IMG/VR virus record: IMGVR_UViG_3300048882_000117
Span: 1-30,597 of that record
Source of the DNA: a virus
Taxonomy: Duplodnaviria; Caudoviricetes
Reading direction: 5' to 3' (one strand)
DNA: 30,597 nt
The notes beneath the pieces are model-generated. The model saw nothing but the letters and a program-made list of their open reading frames with translations. It was not told where the DNA came from and ran no database searches. Positions 15,893 to 25,408 of the stretch are shown piece by piece. Position numbers and translations under genes: made by a program. Positions within the stretch are counted from its first letter, which is position 1, and each line of letters opens with the position of its first letter.

Positions 15893-16820
15893 ACCTTTTC
15901 AGTACCCTTGGGCTATGGAGTTAGCAGAAGACCATGAAAAGATTCACTGGGGAACATGGGAAGTTAAGTTGCAGGAGGATGTCAATCAATGGAAAGGTAA
16001 CGACATCACACCCAAGGAGAAGCATCACATCACCCAGATACTGAGGCTCTTTACTCAGAGTGATGTTCAAGTAGCCTCAAATTACTGTGACCTCTTCATA
16101 CCATACTTCAAGAATAATGAAATTAGGAATATGTTGCTTTCATTCGCGAATAGGGAAGGCACACACCAACGGGCTTATGCCCTTCTCAATGACACGCTGG
16201 GGCTAGATGAGTCAGAGTATGCAGCATTCCTTGATTACAAACCGATGGCAGATAAGATTGAGTTCATCGCAGCAGGAGGCGGTTCAATACTTAGGGATGA
16301 TGAGGAAGTAGGATATGCGTTAGCGCAGGCATGCATCAATGAAGGCGTAGGGTTATTCAGTGCATTCGTAATGCTCCTGAACTTCCAGAGGTTTGGAAAG
16401 ATGAAGGGTATGTGTGAAGTAGTCGAATGGAGCATCAGGGATGAGACTAAACATGTAGAGGGTATGACACAACTCTTCAAGCATTTCCTTAGGGAGAAAC
16501 CACGCTTAGTTAAAGATTCGTTTAAGGAGTACATCTACGAAACAGCAAGGACAGCAGTTCAATTAGAGGACGATGTGATTGATTTAGTGTTTGAGGATGG
16601 AGACATGGAAGGTCTTACTGCTGAAGAAGTAAAGGAATACATTCGCTACTTAACAGACAGACGACTTATTCAGTTAGGGCTTAAAGGTAACTATGGCATT
16701 AAGGAAAATCCACTGCCTTGGGTCGATTGGGTCGTTGCAGGAGATTCATTCAAAAACTTCTTTGAAGGTACAGTAACTGACTACTCAGCATCAGGCATGC
16801 AAGGGGATTTCGGGTGGTAA
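15864..16820 (+). CDS. nrdB: Ribonucleotide reductase class I beta subunit
   Basis: FTQSD, EGTHQRAY (radical Tyr), EGVGLFSAF, RDETKH and NFFE. Confidence 0.96.
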   Translation: MLTKATKTYKPFQYPWAMELAEDHEKIHWGTWEVKLQEDVNQWKGNDITPKEKHHITQILRLFTQSDVQVASNYCDLFIPYFKNNEIRNMLLSFANREGTHQRAYALLNDTLGLDESEYAAFLDYKPMADKIEFIAAGGGSILRDDEEVGYALAQACINEGVGLFSAFVMLLNFQRFGKMKGMCEVVEWSIRDETKHVEGMTQLFKHFLREKPRLVKDSFKEYIYETARTAVQLEDDVIDLVFEDGDMEGLTAEEVKEYIRYLTDRRLIQLGLKGNYGIKENPLPWVDWVVAGDSFKNFFEGTVTDYSASGMQGDFGW

Positions 16821-16895
16821 TAGCTTTTAAGTGTGCTACCTCATCTTGCTGCCTAAAAGGGTCATGTGAACGCTATTCCTTTAAAGGACTTAAAT

Positions 16896-16938
16896 CATTG
16901 AATGTAAAGGTATCCCTCTACGAGGGGGGTACTCAATG
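16896..16938 (+). promoter_or_regulatory. Intergenic stem-loop at the replication/virion module boundary
   Basis: Inner stem GTATCCCTCT-ACG-AGGGGGGTAC (with G-U pairs) enclosed by CATTGA/TCAATG. Confidence 0.5.
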
Positions 16939-16962
16939 TAAACAATATGTCAAGGGTAATAA

Positions 16963-17154
16963 ATGGACAGTATAGACCATAGGAACCTATTAGGTAGAAC
17001 CATACATGTAGCTGATTCATTAATAACAGACCTAGCTGAACAGTTCCCTGACAAACTACCCAGAAATAAGGAGGCTGATATATCGTTCTTAAGAGGGCAG
17101 CAGTCGGTCATAGACTATTTAATAAGACTTAACTCAGAACTACAGGAGAAATAA
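16963..17154 (+). CDS. Small conserved T7-like phage protein (gp6.5-like position)
   Basis: L.EQFPDKLP...GQQSVIDYL pattern; position ahead of the virion genes. Confidence 0.7.
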   Translation: MDSIDHRNLLGRTIHVADSLITDLAEQFPDKLPRNKEADISFLRGQQSVIDYLIRLNSELQEK

Positions 17155-17158
17155 CCAT

Positions 17159-17389
17159 ATGTGTTCCAGTTCCCCCAGCCCACCGCCAGCACCCGTGGCT
17201 CAAGCAAGACCTGCTGTAATTGCGACAGCAGAAACAACAACCCCCACACTAGCCCTTAATTCACCTAGTAAAGCGTTAGCAAAGAAAAGGAGAGGCAAAA
17301 AAGCCTTTAAGCAAACGAATAATGTATCTGGTGTCAACACTCCAGGAACTAATGGAGGTGGGTTATCAATACCTACATCTACAGCATAA
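17159..17389 (+). CDS. Small virion protein (gp6.7/gp7.3-like)
   Basis: MC start, Pro-rich N-terminus, KKRRGKK and GLSIP; immediately before the portal. Confidence 0.7.
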   Translation: MCSSSPSPPPAPVAQARPAVIATAETTTPTLALNSPSKALAKKRRGKKAFKQTNNVSGVNTPGTNGGGLSIPTSTA

Positions 17390-17404
17390 ACATATAGGAA
17401 CTAA

Positions 17405-18961
17405 ATGGAAGAGCAGACAATCGCTGCGTCCGTTGCGAATAGGTATCAACAACTAGAGACTTATAGAACATCGTTCTTACAGAGAGCAAGGGACGGGGCA
17501 TTGGTCACTATCCCTTCGCTCTTCCCGCAAGAAGGTTCATCAGGATTCACTACATTTCCCACCCCCTTCCAGAGCATCGGAGCTAGGGGGCTAAACCACT
17601 TAAGCAGTAAACTACTAGTAGCACTGCTCCCTCCTAACGCACCGTTCTTTCGACTTACCCTCGATGACGCTACCTTAGCAGAATTGGGGCAGGACGAATT
17701 AGCAAAGGGGGAGATAGAAGAGGGGCTGTCAAGGATTGAAAGAACAGTTATGCAAGAGATTGAAACCTTAGCATTACGAGTCCCTTTCTTTGAAGCCCTC
17801 AAACAGCTAGTGTTAGCAGGGAATGCTCTTGTGTATATGCCCAAGAAGGGTGGTATAAGAATATTCTCCCTAGACCGCTATGTTGTCAAGAGAGATGCCT
17901 CAGGTAATATACTTGAGATTATCACCAAGGAATCCGTCAGTCCTCTAATGTTGCCGAGAGCAGCACAAGAGTTACTAGGTGAAGTGAACGATAACAATAA
18001 ATCACTAGACTTGTATACCTATGTCAAACGAGACACAGGAAAATGGATAGTTGTCCAAGAAGTTAAAGGGCAAGTAATACCGGGTTCACAGGGTACATAC
18101 CCTTTAGACAAGAACCCATTTATCCCACTACGATTCAACCGTATTGATGGGGAGGATTACGGTCGAGGATTCATCGAAGAGTATATCGGTGACCTACAAT
18201 CCCTAGAGTCTTTATCCAAGGCAATAGTGGAAGGGAGCGCGGCATCAGCCAAAGTCCTATTTATGGTATCCCCTAACGGAACTACTAAAGCGAGAACACT
18301 GGCTCAAGCACCTAATGGCGCTATTGTGCAAGGTTCCGCGCAGGACGTATCTACGTTACGGGTTGAGAAGCACAACGACTTCAGAGTTGCCTTAGATACT
18401 TTAAGTAAAATTGAAGAGAGAATGGCTTATGCCTTCATGCTAAATACAGCCATCCAACGTAAAGGAGAGCGAGTAACAGCAGAAGAAATAAGGTATATGG
18501 CACAGGAACTTGAAGGAGGATTAGGTGGACTTTATTCCATACTTTCCCAAGAGTTTCAACTACCCCTCATAACCCTATTAATGCAGAGGTTAGAGAGTTC
18601 AGGCAAGCTACCTAAGCTACCTAAGAATACTCTCAAACCTCAAATTACTACAGGGATGGAAGCGTTAGGAAGAGGTCATGACCTTAATAAACTATCTCAA
18701 TTCCTCCAAGGCTTACAACCATTAGGTCCTGAAGTAATCCAACAAGAACTAAATGTATCAGACTACATAGATAGGCTGGGAGCATCACTGGGCTTGGACA
18801 CTAAAGGGCTAATAAAATCTGATGAGCAACGACAGCAAGAACAACAAGCAACGGCACAGTCATCAGAAGACCAATACAGAAGAGATTTAGCTATGAAAGT
18901 AGCCCCCGGAGCCGCCAAGGATATGGGGGGAGCAATCTCAGAACAAATGATGAATCAATAA
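17405..18961 (+). CDS. Head-tail connector / portal protein (gp8)
   Basis: QSIGARGLNHLSSKL, PFFRL, GEDYGRG, ERVTAEEIR and EALGRG. Confidence 0.97.
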   Translation: MEEQTIAASVANRYQQLETYRTSFLQRARDGALVTIPSLFPQEGSSGFTTFPTPFQSIGARGLNHLSSKLLVALLPPNAPFFRLTLDDATLAELGQDELAKGEIEEGLSRIERTVMQEIETLALRVPFFEALKQLVLAGNALVYMPKKGGIRIFSLDRYVVKRDASGNILEIITKESVSPLMLPRAAQELLGEVNDNNKSLDLYTYVKRDTGKWIVVQEVKGQVIPGSQGTYPLDKNPFIPLRFNRIDGEDYGRGFIEEYIGDLQSLESLSKAIVEGSAASAKVLFMVSPNGTTKARTLAQAPNGAIVQGSAQDVSTLRVEKHNDFRVALDTLSKIEERMAYAFMLNTAIQRKGERVTAEEIRYMAQELEGGLGGLYSILSQEFQLPLITLLMQRLESSGKLPKLPKNTLKPQITTGMEALGRGHDLNKLSQFLQGLQPLGPEVIQQELNVSDYIDRLGASLGLDTKGLIKSDEQRQQEQQATAQSSEDQYRRDLAMKVAPGAAKDMGGAISEQMMNQ

Positions 18962-18977
18962 CAAGGACGAATAACAA

Positions 18978-19769
18978 ATGGCAGACCTGAACGAACTCAA
19001 TACTCACGCAGAAGAACCTGTGGAAGACCAAGAATACATCGACAAGATGGTAGCAAAAGCAGAAGGTGTACAACCTGATGTGCCTGAAGAAGAAGATGTT
19101 GAGGAGGAGGTACAGGAAGAAGAGGGTAACAATGAAACTGAAGAGGAATCACCCGAGTGGCTCCCAGATAAATTTAAATCCCCCGAAGAGTTAGCGAAAG
19201 CTTATTCAGCACTAGAGAAGAAGCTAGGTGAAACCCCTGAAGATAAGGGAGAAGACCTTAATGCTACTCCATCTGAACCTATGGACTTTCAATCTCTATC
19301 AACAGAGTATTGGGAAGAAGGTCAGCTATCCGATAGTAGTTATGAGAACTTAGAAAATATGGGGATCCCAAGACACATTGTGGATGCCCATATCGCAGGA
19401 CAACACGCTGTAGTAAGTGAGGTACAAAACACCGTTTATAAGGAAGTCGGTGGTGAGGCCCAGTACCAAGAGATGATGTCTTGGGCGCAGGAGAACCTCT
19501 CTGAATCTGAAACAGCTATGTATGACCAGAGCGTTAATAGTAATAACCTTGACCAAACACTTTATGCAGTAAAAGGCTTACATGCCCGGTATGCATCAGA
19601 AGTGGGGGTCGAACCCAGCTTAGTACAAGGGGATTCAACTCCATCCAGTACAGGTGCTTACGCATCAGCCGCAGAAGTTAAGCAAGATATGTCAGATAGA
19701 CGCTATTCAACTGACCCTGCCTTCAGGGAACGAGTTGCACGAAAACTAGCAAAATCCAACGTCTTCTAA
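18978..19769 (+). CDS. Capsid assembly scaffold protein (gp9)
   Basis: Acidic; PEWLPDKF..PEELAKAY..LEKK, VGGEAQY..M..WA and DRRY.TDPAFR. Confidence 0.93.
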   Translation: MADLNELNTHAEEPVEDQEYIDKMVAKAEGVQPDVPEEEDVEEEVQEEEGNNETEEESPEWLPDKFKSPEELAKAYSALEKKLGETPEDKGEDLNATPSEPMDFQSLSTEYWEEGQLSDSSYENLENMGIPRHIVDAHIAGQHAVVSEVQNTVYKEVGGEAQYQEMMSWAQENLSESETAMYDQSVNSNNLDQTLYAVKGLHARYASEVGVEPSLVQGDSTPSSTGAYASAAEVKQDMSDRRYSTDPAFRERVARKLAKSNVF

Positions 19770-19804
19770 AAACAGAAGCAAACCGCACAGAAATCTACCG
19801 AGTA

Positions 19805-19838
19805 TCTCTGACCCATCATGGATGGATAATCACAGGGA
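19805..19838 (+). promoter_or_regulatory. Structured leader upstream of the capsid gene
   Basis: CCATC-ATG-GATGG hairpin enclosed by TCTCTG/CAGGGA. Confidence 0.4.
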
Positions 19839-19900
19839 AAGATGACCACAAGTGCAACACATACACTTAAACAATACTTAAATACAGGTAGAAAAGAAAC

Positions 19901-20923
19901 ATGGCATTACCACATCAAGCCCCTAGCAGATTAGGGCAATTAAACGCAGCAGGCGACAACAGAGAATTATTCCTTAAGCTGTACGCTGGCGAAATCTTAA
20001 CAGCATTTGAAGAACGAAACATCTTCATGCCTTTACACCGCACACGCTCAATCAGCAGCGGTAAATCAGCTACATTCCCAATGGTTGGCACAGCGACAGC
20101 TAAGTATCATACTCCGGGAACAATGATTGAAGCTGATTCAGTTAAACATGGTGAGCGAGTTGTTACTGTTGATGATTTATTAATCTCTACACAGTTCATC
20201 TCTAACATTGATGAAGCGATGAACCATTATGATGTTCGTTCTATCTACTCAAGAGAGGCAGGTAATGCTCTTGCGAATCAAATGGATAAGAACATCTCAC
20301 GTATCATTGCTAAGTCAGCAAGCATCACTACTAAAGCTCTAGCTACAACAGCAGGTCTTGCAGGTGTAATTGATGACGAAGCTTATACATCAAACGTAAC
20401 TATTGGTACTACAGCAGCGCATGCTACTGACGGTACTAAGATAGCTGCTGCAATCTACAGCGCCTTGGCAGAGTTCGATAAGAAAGACATCACAGGCGAT
20501 AAAGTCTGTGTATTACCACCAGACCAGTATTACTCTCTGTTCAATGTGGAAGCAGGTGTTAACACTCTAGCTTACATGAACAAAGACGTAGGCGGTTCAG
20601 GTTCTATGTCACAAGGTACAGTCCCTGTTATTGGCGGTGTTAAGATTCTAATGTCGAATCACATCCCACAAACCAATGAGACTACATCCACTGGTGACCC
20701 AGAGCCAATCACCTCTACTAGAACAGCAGCATACCGCTCTAACTACAGTAAAGTACGTGGCTTAATCTTCTCAGCAGATGCTGCCGCCACAGTCAAGCTG
20801 TTAGACTTAGGTGTTGAGTCTGAGTACCAGATTGAACGTCAAGGTACATTAATGGTAGCTAAGTATGCGTGTGGACATAACATCCTACGTCCTGCTTGTG
20901 CCATTAGCTTGAACGCAGTGTAG
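19901..20923 (+). CDS. Major capsid protein (gp10)
   Basis: LFLKLYAGEILTAF, RSISSGKSATFP, HYDVRSIYS.E.G.ALA and GHNILRP. Confidence 0.97.
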   Translation: MALPHQAPSRLGQLNAAGDNRELFLKLYAGEILTAFEERNIFMPLHRTRSISSGKSATFPMVGTATAKYHTPGTMIEADSVKHGERVVTVDDLLISTQFISNIDEAMNHYDVRSIYSREAGNALANQMDKNISRIIAKSASITTKALATTAGLAGVIDDEAYTSNVTIGTTAAHATDGTKIAAAIYSALAEFDKKDITGDKVCVLPPDQYYSLFNVEAGVNTLAYMNKDVGGSGSMSQGTVPVIGGVKILMSNHIPQTNETTSTGDPEPITSTRTAAYRSNYSKVRGLIFSADAAATVKLLDLGVESEYQIERQGTLMVAKYACGHNILRPACAISLNAV

Positions 20924-20945
20924 TAAAGAAAGTAAATAAGTAAGT

Positions 20946-20982
20946 AGGCCCCTTTGATATTAATTCAGAGGGGCTTTTTTTT
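20946..20982 (+). terminator. Intrinsic terminator after the capsid gene (T-phi equivalent)
   Basis: AGGCCCCTTTGA-TATTAAT-TCAGAGGGGCTT followed by a T run. Confidence 0.9.
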
Positions 20983-21001
20983 ATGTCACAAGGAAAACAA
21001 T

Positions 21002-21586
21002 ATGCTACCAACTAGCAGACTTGAAGCAGTAAATGAGATGCTTTCTTGTGTAGGTGAAGCCCCTGTTAACCAACTGGACAATGGGTACATTGAATCGGAT
21101 ATTGCTGAGAACATTCTCGACTCCGTTTCAAGAGAAACCCAATCTAAAGGATGGAACTTCAATACAGAGGATGATTGGGAATTAACTCCTGACTCAAATA
21201 AGAATTTATGGTTACCCCCAAACGCCTTAAAGGTGGATGGTGTAGTTCAGAACCGAAGGGAAAACTGGATTATGCGAGGTAGTAAGTTGTATAACAGAGT
21301 AACCAAATCCTACACATCTGAAAGCCCCGTTAAAGTAACATTAACGATACTCTTAGATTTTGAAACCCTACCAGAAGCAGCCAGACGTTACATTACCCTA
21401 AAAGCAGCCAGAATCCTACAAGACAGGACGATGGGCTTAGGTAACCTACACCAATTTAATATGCAAGATGAACACAACGCACTCATAGAGTTGCGAGATA
21501 TGGACGCAGAGGTCAATGACTTTTCCATATTTGATTCATTTGATACATACCAGATAATAAACAGAAGTGGAGGAAATATTAGATGA
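21002..21586 (+). CDS. Tail tubular protein A (gp11)
   Basis: LEAVNEMLSCVGEAPV, QSKGWNFN and LPEAARRYI. Start reassigned to ATG 21002 (AAGGA SD), downstream of the terminator. Confidence 0.95.
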   Translation: MLPTSRLEAVNEMLSCVGEAPVNQLDNGYIESDIAENILDSVSRETQSKGWNFNTEDDWELTPDSNKNLWLPPNALKVDGVVQNRRENWIMRGSKLYNRVTKSYTSESPVKVTLTILLDFETLPEAARRYITLKAARILQDRTMGLGNLHQFNMQDEHNALIELRDMDAEVNDFSIFDSFDTYQIINRSGGNIR

Positions 21587-24500
21587 CATATATCTCCTCT
21601 ACTGTGCCGAATTTAATAAACGGCATATCCCAACAACCGTCCGCATTTAAACTAGCAACACAAGCAGAGTTTCAATTAAATGGGGTCAGTTCGGTGGTGC
21701 ATGGCCTAAAGAAAAGACCACCCAGTGTTCATAAGAGTAAGGCATCACACTATGTAGACTCTAGCAGTTTCACTCATACATTAGATTATGGTCAAGGGGA
21801 GTACTATACAGTTGTCGTAAAGGATGGCAATATCATAGTCTTAGACAATGAGGGCCAGCAAAGACGATTAGACCACATCACCGCAGCGGGAAATAATGAG
21901 TCAATTTTTCAAACCCCCCATGTTTTAATATCAGCAACGATATATGACCACGAATACGGTGGGCGTAGGGTTAAATTTAAATTTGAAACGCCTGTACAGC
22001 ACCTAGTGGTGGGGGATATCACACTCGCCAACCAGCGCGGTGTCATAGATAACTTAGAACAAGACCTTGAAGACGCAAGTTTATGGACAGCACGTTGGAG
22101 GTCTGAGTACCTCATTGATGCACTAATATCTCCTAGAATAAGTAGTATAGAAGCTCAGGACTACTCAAATTTCACACTCATAGCGTTCCATCTGCTTGAT
22201 ATTGGTTGGGATGATGCGACCGATGACATGGTACACCCTGATATGTTCGATATTAGCTTCGGGGGTTTAATTCCTTGGAAGAAGTCAACGGGACCTTGGT
22301 TTACTGATGATTCTGTTGAAGGAGAGTACTTCGTCCGACAAGGCAACACCTTCTTCGGTGCGTGGAGGCACCTAATAAGCACTCCTGTAGGCTCTGACTT
22401 GGTGGCCTACCATAACGATTATACAACTAATCCATTTCCCAACACAGCTAATACAGATTCAGGTATGTCCCCCGTACCTTCAGAGTTAATGCAGCTTATA
22501 AACCCGCAACCCCCTGAATTTTGGCAGGATATAAACTTGTTTTTCGGAGTGGAGAACTATGCACTGGCTCCTGTGCCCGACGTGTATTACACAGCATCCG
22601 ACAGCACAACAGGATTGGTTGAGTACCTAAATGCATCAATTAGAATAGACGGCTCACATGAATACTACAGTCCAGTTACCTACCTACAAGGATTATCTGA
22701 CCCTAAGACGCAGCTAAGTGCAACAACAATCGCTGACCACACATACATAGTTAATAAGACTATCAAGGTTGAAAAGGATACTGCGAAAGTAACTAAACGC
22801 CCTTATGAGGGATTAGTATATGTTAAGAATGGGGGTTATGCAACAAAGTACACAGTTGTTGTTGAGGCAGGCATTCAGACAAGGACTTACGAGCTAACAA
22901 CCAATGATTCGACCCATGAAGCCCACGAAGCGTCAATAGCTACAACAACGATTGCTAAAGACCTATTCGGTTATATGGTTATAGGTACACCAACTGATGT
23001 AACGGAGGTATACTCTCCGAGTAAATTTTACGATGCTGGTGATATAGTTATATATAACACTAAGTATTATCAAGCTGATATTTCCACAGATGAGAATCAA
23101 TCCGACTCTGTTTGGGACCAGTATGATGAGGATGCTTGGTGGCCCTTAGCTGGTTCGGACAGGACACCGGGGGCCGCTCTGAGTATGTGGTCTGAAATAA
23201 TCAATTATGGTGGCTCACAAGATACGTTAGTAGGGTTACCCGATGGACTAAGTGCCTCCTTACATGGGAACCAAATTAGGATTTGGTCTACAACAACCAA
23301 CTTCAAACTTAAAGCCACAGACGATAGGGGTGGAACATATATGTTCGCCTATAAAGGTCAAGTGGATGATTTTAAGAAGTTACCTACACAAGCGAATCTA
23401 GGGTTTAAAATAACGGTTGCAGGTAATAACGAGAAGCAACAAGATGACTACCATGTACAGTATCAAGACATCGCTGGTCTAGGGAAAGGTGTATGGAAAG
23501 AGTGTCCCAAAGACCTTACAAATTATAAGATTAATGCATCCACGATGCCCCATGTTTTAATAAAAGAACCTGACGGTACTTTCCATTTCAAAGAGTCCAC
23601 ATGGGACAACAGGCTAGTGGGGGACGAAGATACTAACCCATTTCCATCATTCGTAGGCCAGACCCTCAATGACTTATTCTTTTACCGGAACAGGTTGGGG
23701 TTGCTGGCAGGGGAAAATGTAATCCTTTCTGAGGTAGGGAGCTTTTGGAACTTCTTTCACACTACAACCTTAGTATTATTAGATTCTTCACCTATTGATA
23801 TTGCAGTATCAACAGACAAACAAAATGAGTTACAGAGGGCAGTACCCTTCAATACCGCGCTGATGTTATTTTCCGATAGCACCCAGTTTACGTTAGAAGC
23901 AGGGCAAATTCTAGCCCATGATACAGTGTCTGTGGAGGTAGCAACACGGTTCGATTCTGACCTCCGTTGCAGCCCTGTAGGTAAAGCAACCTTTGTATTC
24001 TTTGCTTTTAAGAGAGGAGAGTATGGGGGAATTAGGGAATATTATGTAGCAGAGGGTGAAGACGTTACCAATGCTGATAACATCACCAGCCATGTCCCTG
24101 AGTTCATAGAGGGAGCTATACAAGCCATAACTGTATCATCCGTTGAAGATATGGTAGTGATTAGGGCTGATGGAAAGCCTAATGAGCTATACATCTACAA
24201 TTATTATTGGGCTAATAAAGAGAAGAAACAGGCTGCATGGCACAAATGGGATTTAGGTGCTGAAGTTGTGAGTGCAGAGTTCGTAGAGTCTGAGTTGGTT
24301 CTATTGGTTAATAGACCCACAGGAACTTGTGTTGAAACAATCAATTTATCGAGAGATGCAACCTCCGAAGTTATGGATTATGGGCAGGGGCTGTTATTGG
24401 ATAGAAGGGTGGAAGTATCAGATGATACTCCTGAACCAATACTACCTTTTATAGAAGGAGAGAGTCCTTTATGGTACAACCAGAAGGGAGAGTATATAGG

Positions 24501-24930
24501 GAAAGGCATTACAACCCCCATAGCTAGACCTCCCGGAGATACCTTTTATGCAGGTATACCGTATAGTTTTGAATATAGATTCTCAGAGTTCCTAATACGG
24601 AATGAGGGGAGGGCTGTAACGCCCACTAAGCTGAAGTTGAAAAGCATTAACGTACAATATGATAATGCTAGTTCCTTTGATGTAGTAGTTGAACCTGTAG
24701 CAGGAAAAAACCAACTCCGACCATCCTACAGCAGGTCTTTCGCAGCCCCTATTGGGAGTAGTAATACCATACTTAATCAAGTAATAATAGATTCAGGCAA
24801 ATTCAAAGTCCCTGTATGGGGAGATGCCCCATCATATAGGGTAACCCTAAAGAACGAGTCCGTATACCCCAGCAGCTTTCAAACAGCAGAATGGACAGCA
24901 ACATATAGCAAACACTCAAAAGGAACTTAA
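21583..24930 (+). CDS. Tail tubular protein B / nozzle (gp12), enlarged by two insertions
   Basis: PNLINGISQQP, GLKKRPP, TIADHTYIVN, TMPHVL, GDEDTNPFPSFVG, FFYRNRLG and AWHKW. 1115 aa against roughly 800 aa for T7 gp12. Confidence 0.95.
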   Translation: MTYISSTVPNLINGISQQPSAFKLATQAEFQLNGVSSVVHGLKKRPPSVHKSKASHYVDSSSFTHTLDYGQGEYYTVVVKDGNIIVLDNEGQQRRLDHITAAGNNESIFQTPHVLISATIYDHEYGGRRVKFKFETPVQHLVVGDITLANQRGVIDNLEQDLEDASLWTARWRSEYLIDALISPRISSIEAQDYSNFTLIAFHLLDIGWDDATDDMVHPDMFDISFGGLIPWKKSTGPWFTDDSVEGEYFVRQGNTFFGAWRHLISTPVGSDLVAYHNDYTTNPFPNTANTDSGMSPVPSELMQLINPQPPEFWQDINLFFGVENYALAPVPDVYYTASDSTTGLVEYLNASIRIDGSHEYYSPVTYLQGLSDPKTQLSATTIADHTYIVNKTIKVEKDTAKVTKRPYEGLVYVKNGGYATKYTVVVEAGIQTRTYELTTNDSTHEAHEASIATTTIAKDLFGYMVIGTPTDVTEVYSPSKFYDAGDIVIYNTKYYQADISTDENQSDSVWDQYDEDAWWPLAGSDRTPGAALSMWSEIINYGGSQDTLVGLPDGLSASLHGNQIRIWSTTTNFKLKATDDRGGTYMFAYKGQVDDFKKLPTQANLGFKITVAGNNEKQQDDYHVQYQDIAGLGKGVWKECPKDLTNYKINASTMPHVLIKEPDGTFHFKESTWDNRLVGDEDTNPFPSFVGQTLNDLFFYRNRLGLLAGENVILSEVGSFWNFFHTTTLVLLDSSPIDIAVSTDKQNELQRAVPFNTALMLFSDSTQFTLEAGQILAHDTVSVEVATRFDSDLRCSPVGKATFVFFAFKRGEYGGIREYYVAEGEDVTNADNITSHVPEFIEGAIQAITVSSVEDMVVIRADGKPNELYIYNYYWANKEKKQAAWHKWDLGAEVVSAEFVESELVLLVNRPTGTCVETINLSRDATSEVMDYGQGLLLDRRVEVSDDTPEPILPFIEGESPLWYNQKGEYIGKGITTPIARPPGDTFYAGIPYSFEYRFSEFLIRNEGRAVTPTKLKLKSINVQYDNASSFDVVVEPVAGKNQLRPSYSRSFAAPIGSSNTILNQVIIDSGKFKVPVWGDAPSYRVTLKNESVYPSSFQTAEWTATYSKHSKGT

Positions 24931-24931
24931 T

Positions 24932-25408
24932 TTGGTAAAGAATAGGGCGTACATACGCAAAGCAAGGAAGAAAGACTGCAAACAACTAGCTAGAGTAATG
25001 AGGGAAGCAGATGTAAAGGAAGTGAAGGCTAGTCATGGTCACACGCCCTATGAAGCTCTACTAAACTCTTATAAGGAAAGCTACACCTGTTCATCGTGGG
25101 TCTTCAATGGTCAGGTCATTGCGATGTGCGGTGTAGCTAAGATGGATAAGCATACAGGCTCACCTTGGCTGTTAGGCTCAGATGAGCTAGTTAAGACACC
25201 AAGGGTAACCTTTGCATTACTCCGTGAGTCCACCAAGTGGATAGAAAGAAAACAAAAAAACCACCCCTTACTGGTGAACTATGTTCATGCAGAGAATGAA
25301 GCCTCGTTGAAGTGGTTGAAGCATTTGGGATTTAGATTTATAAGAAAGGTTGAGTTTAGTAATGAGCCTTTCCTTGAAGTAGTGAGGATAAAAGAAGAAT
25401 ATGTGTGA
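24932..25408 (+). CDS. gp13-like internal virion protein (DUF2833/GNAT-like)
   Basis: MREADVKEV, PWLLGS and LVNYVHAENEASLKWLKHLGF; position; TTG start after AAGGA. Confidence 0.8.
   Translation: MVKNRAYIRKARKKDCKQLARVMREADVKEVKASHGHTPYEALLNSYKESYTCSSWVFNGQVIAMCGVAKMDKHTGSPWLLGSDELVKTPRVTFALLRESTKWIERKQKNHPLLVNYVHAENEASLKWLKHLGFRFIRKVEFSNEPFLEVVRIKEEYV

Noticed and set aside
18604-18626. AAGCTACCT tandem repeat in the portal gene
   Set aside because: It simply encodes KLPKLPK, a usual portal segment.
20880-20982. T7 10A/10B-type capsid frameshift extension
   Set aside because: There is no evident slippery sequence, and stops plus the terminator follow immediately.
20954-21001. Track start of tail tubular A at 20954
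   Set aside because: It lies within the terminator hairpin. ATG 21002 has an SD and gives the expected N-terminus.
21885-22670. Nozzle insertion as an intein or intron
   Set aside because: No Cys/Ser start with His-Asn end and no LAGLIDADG motif; the reading frame is continuous.
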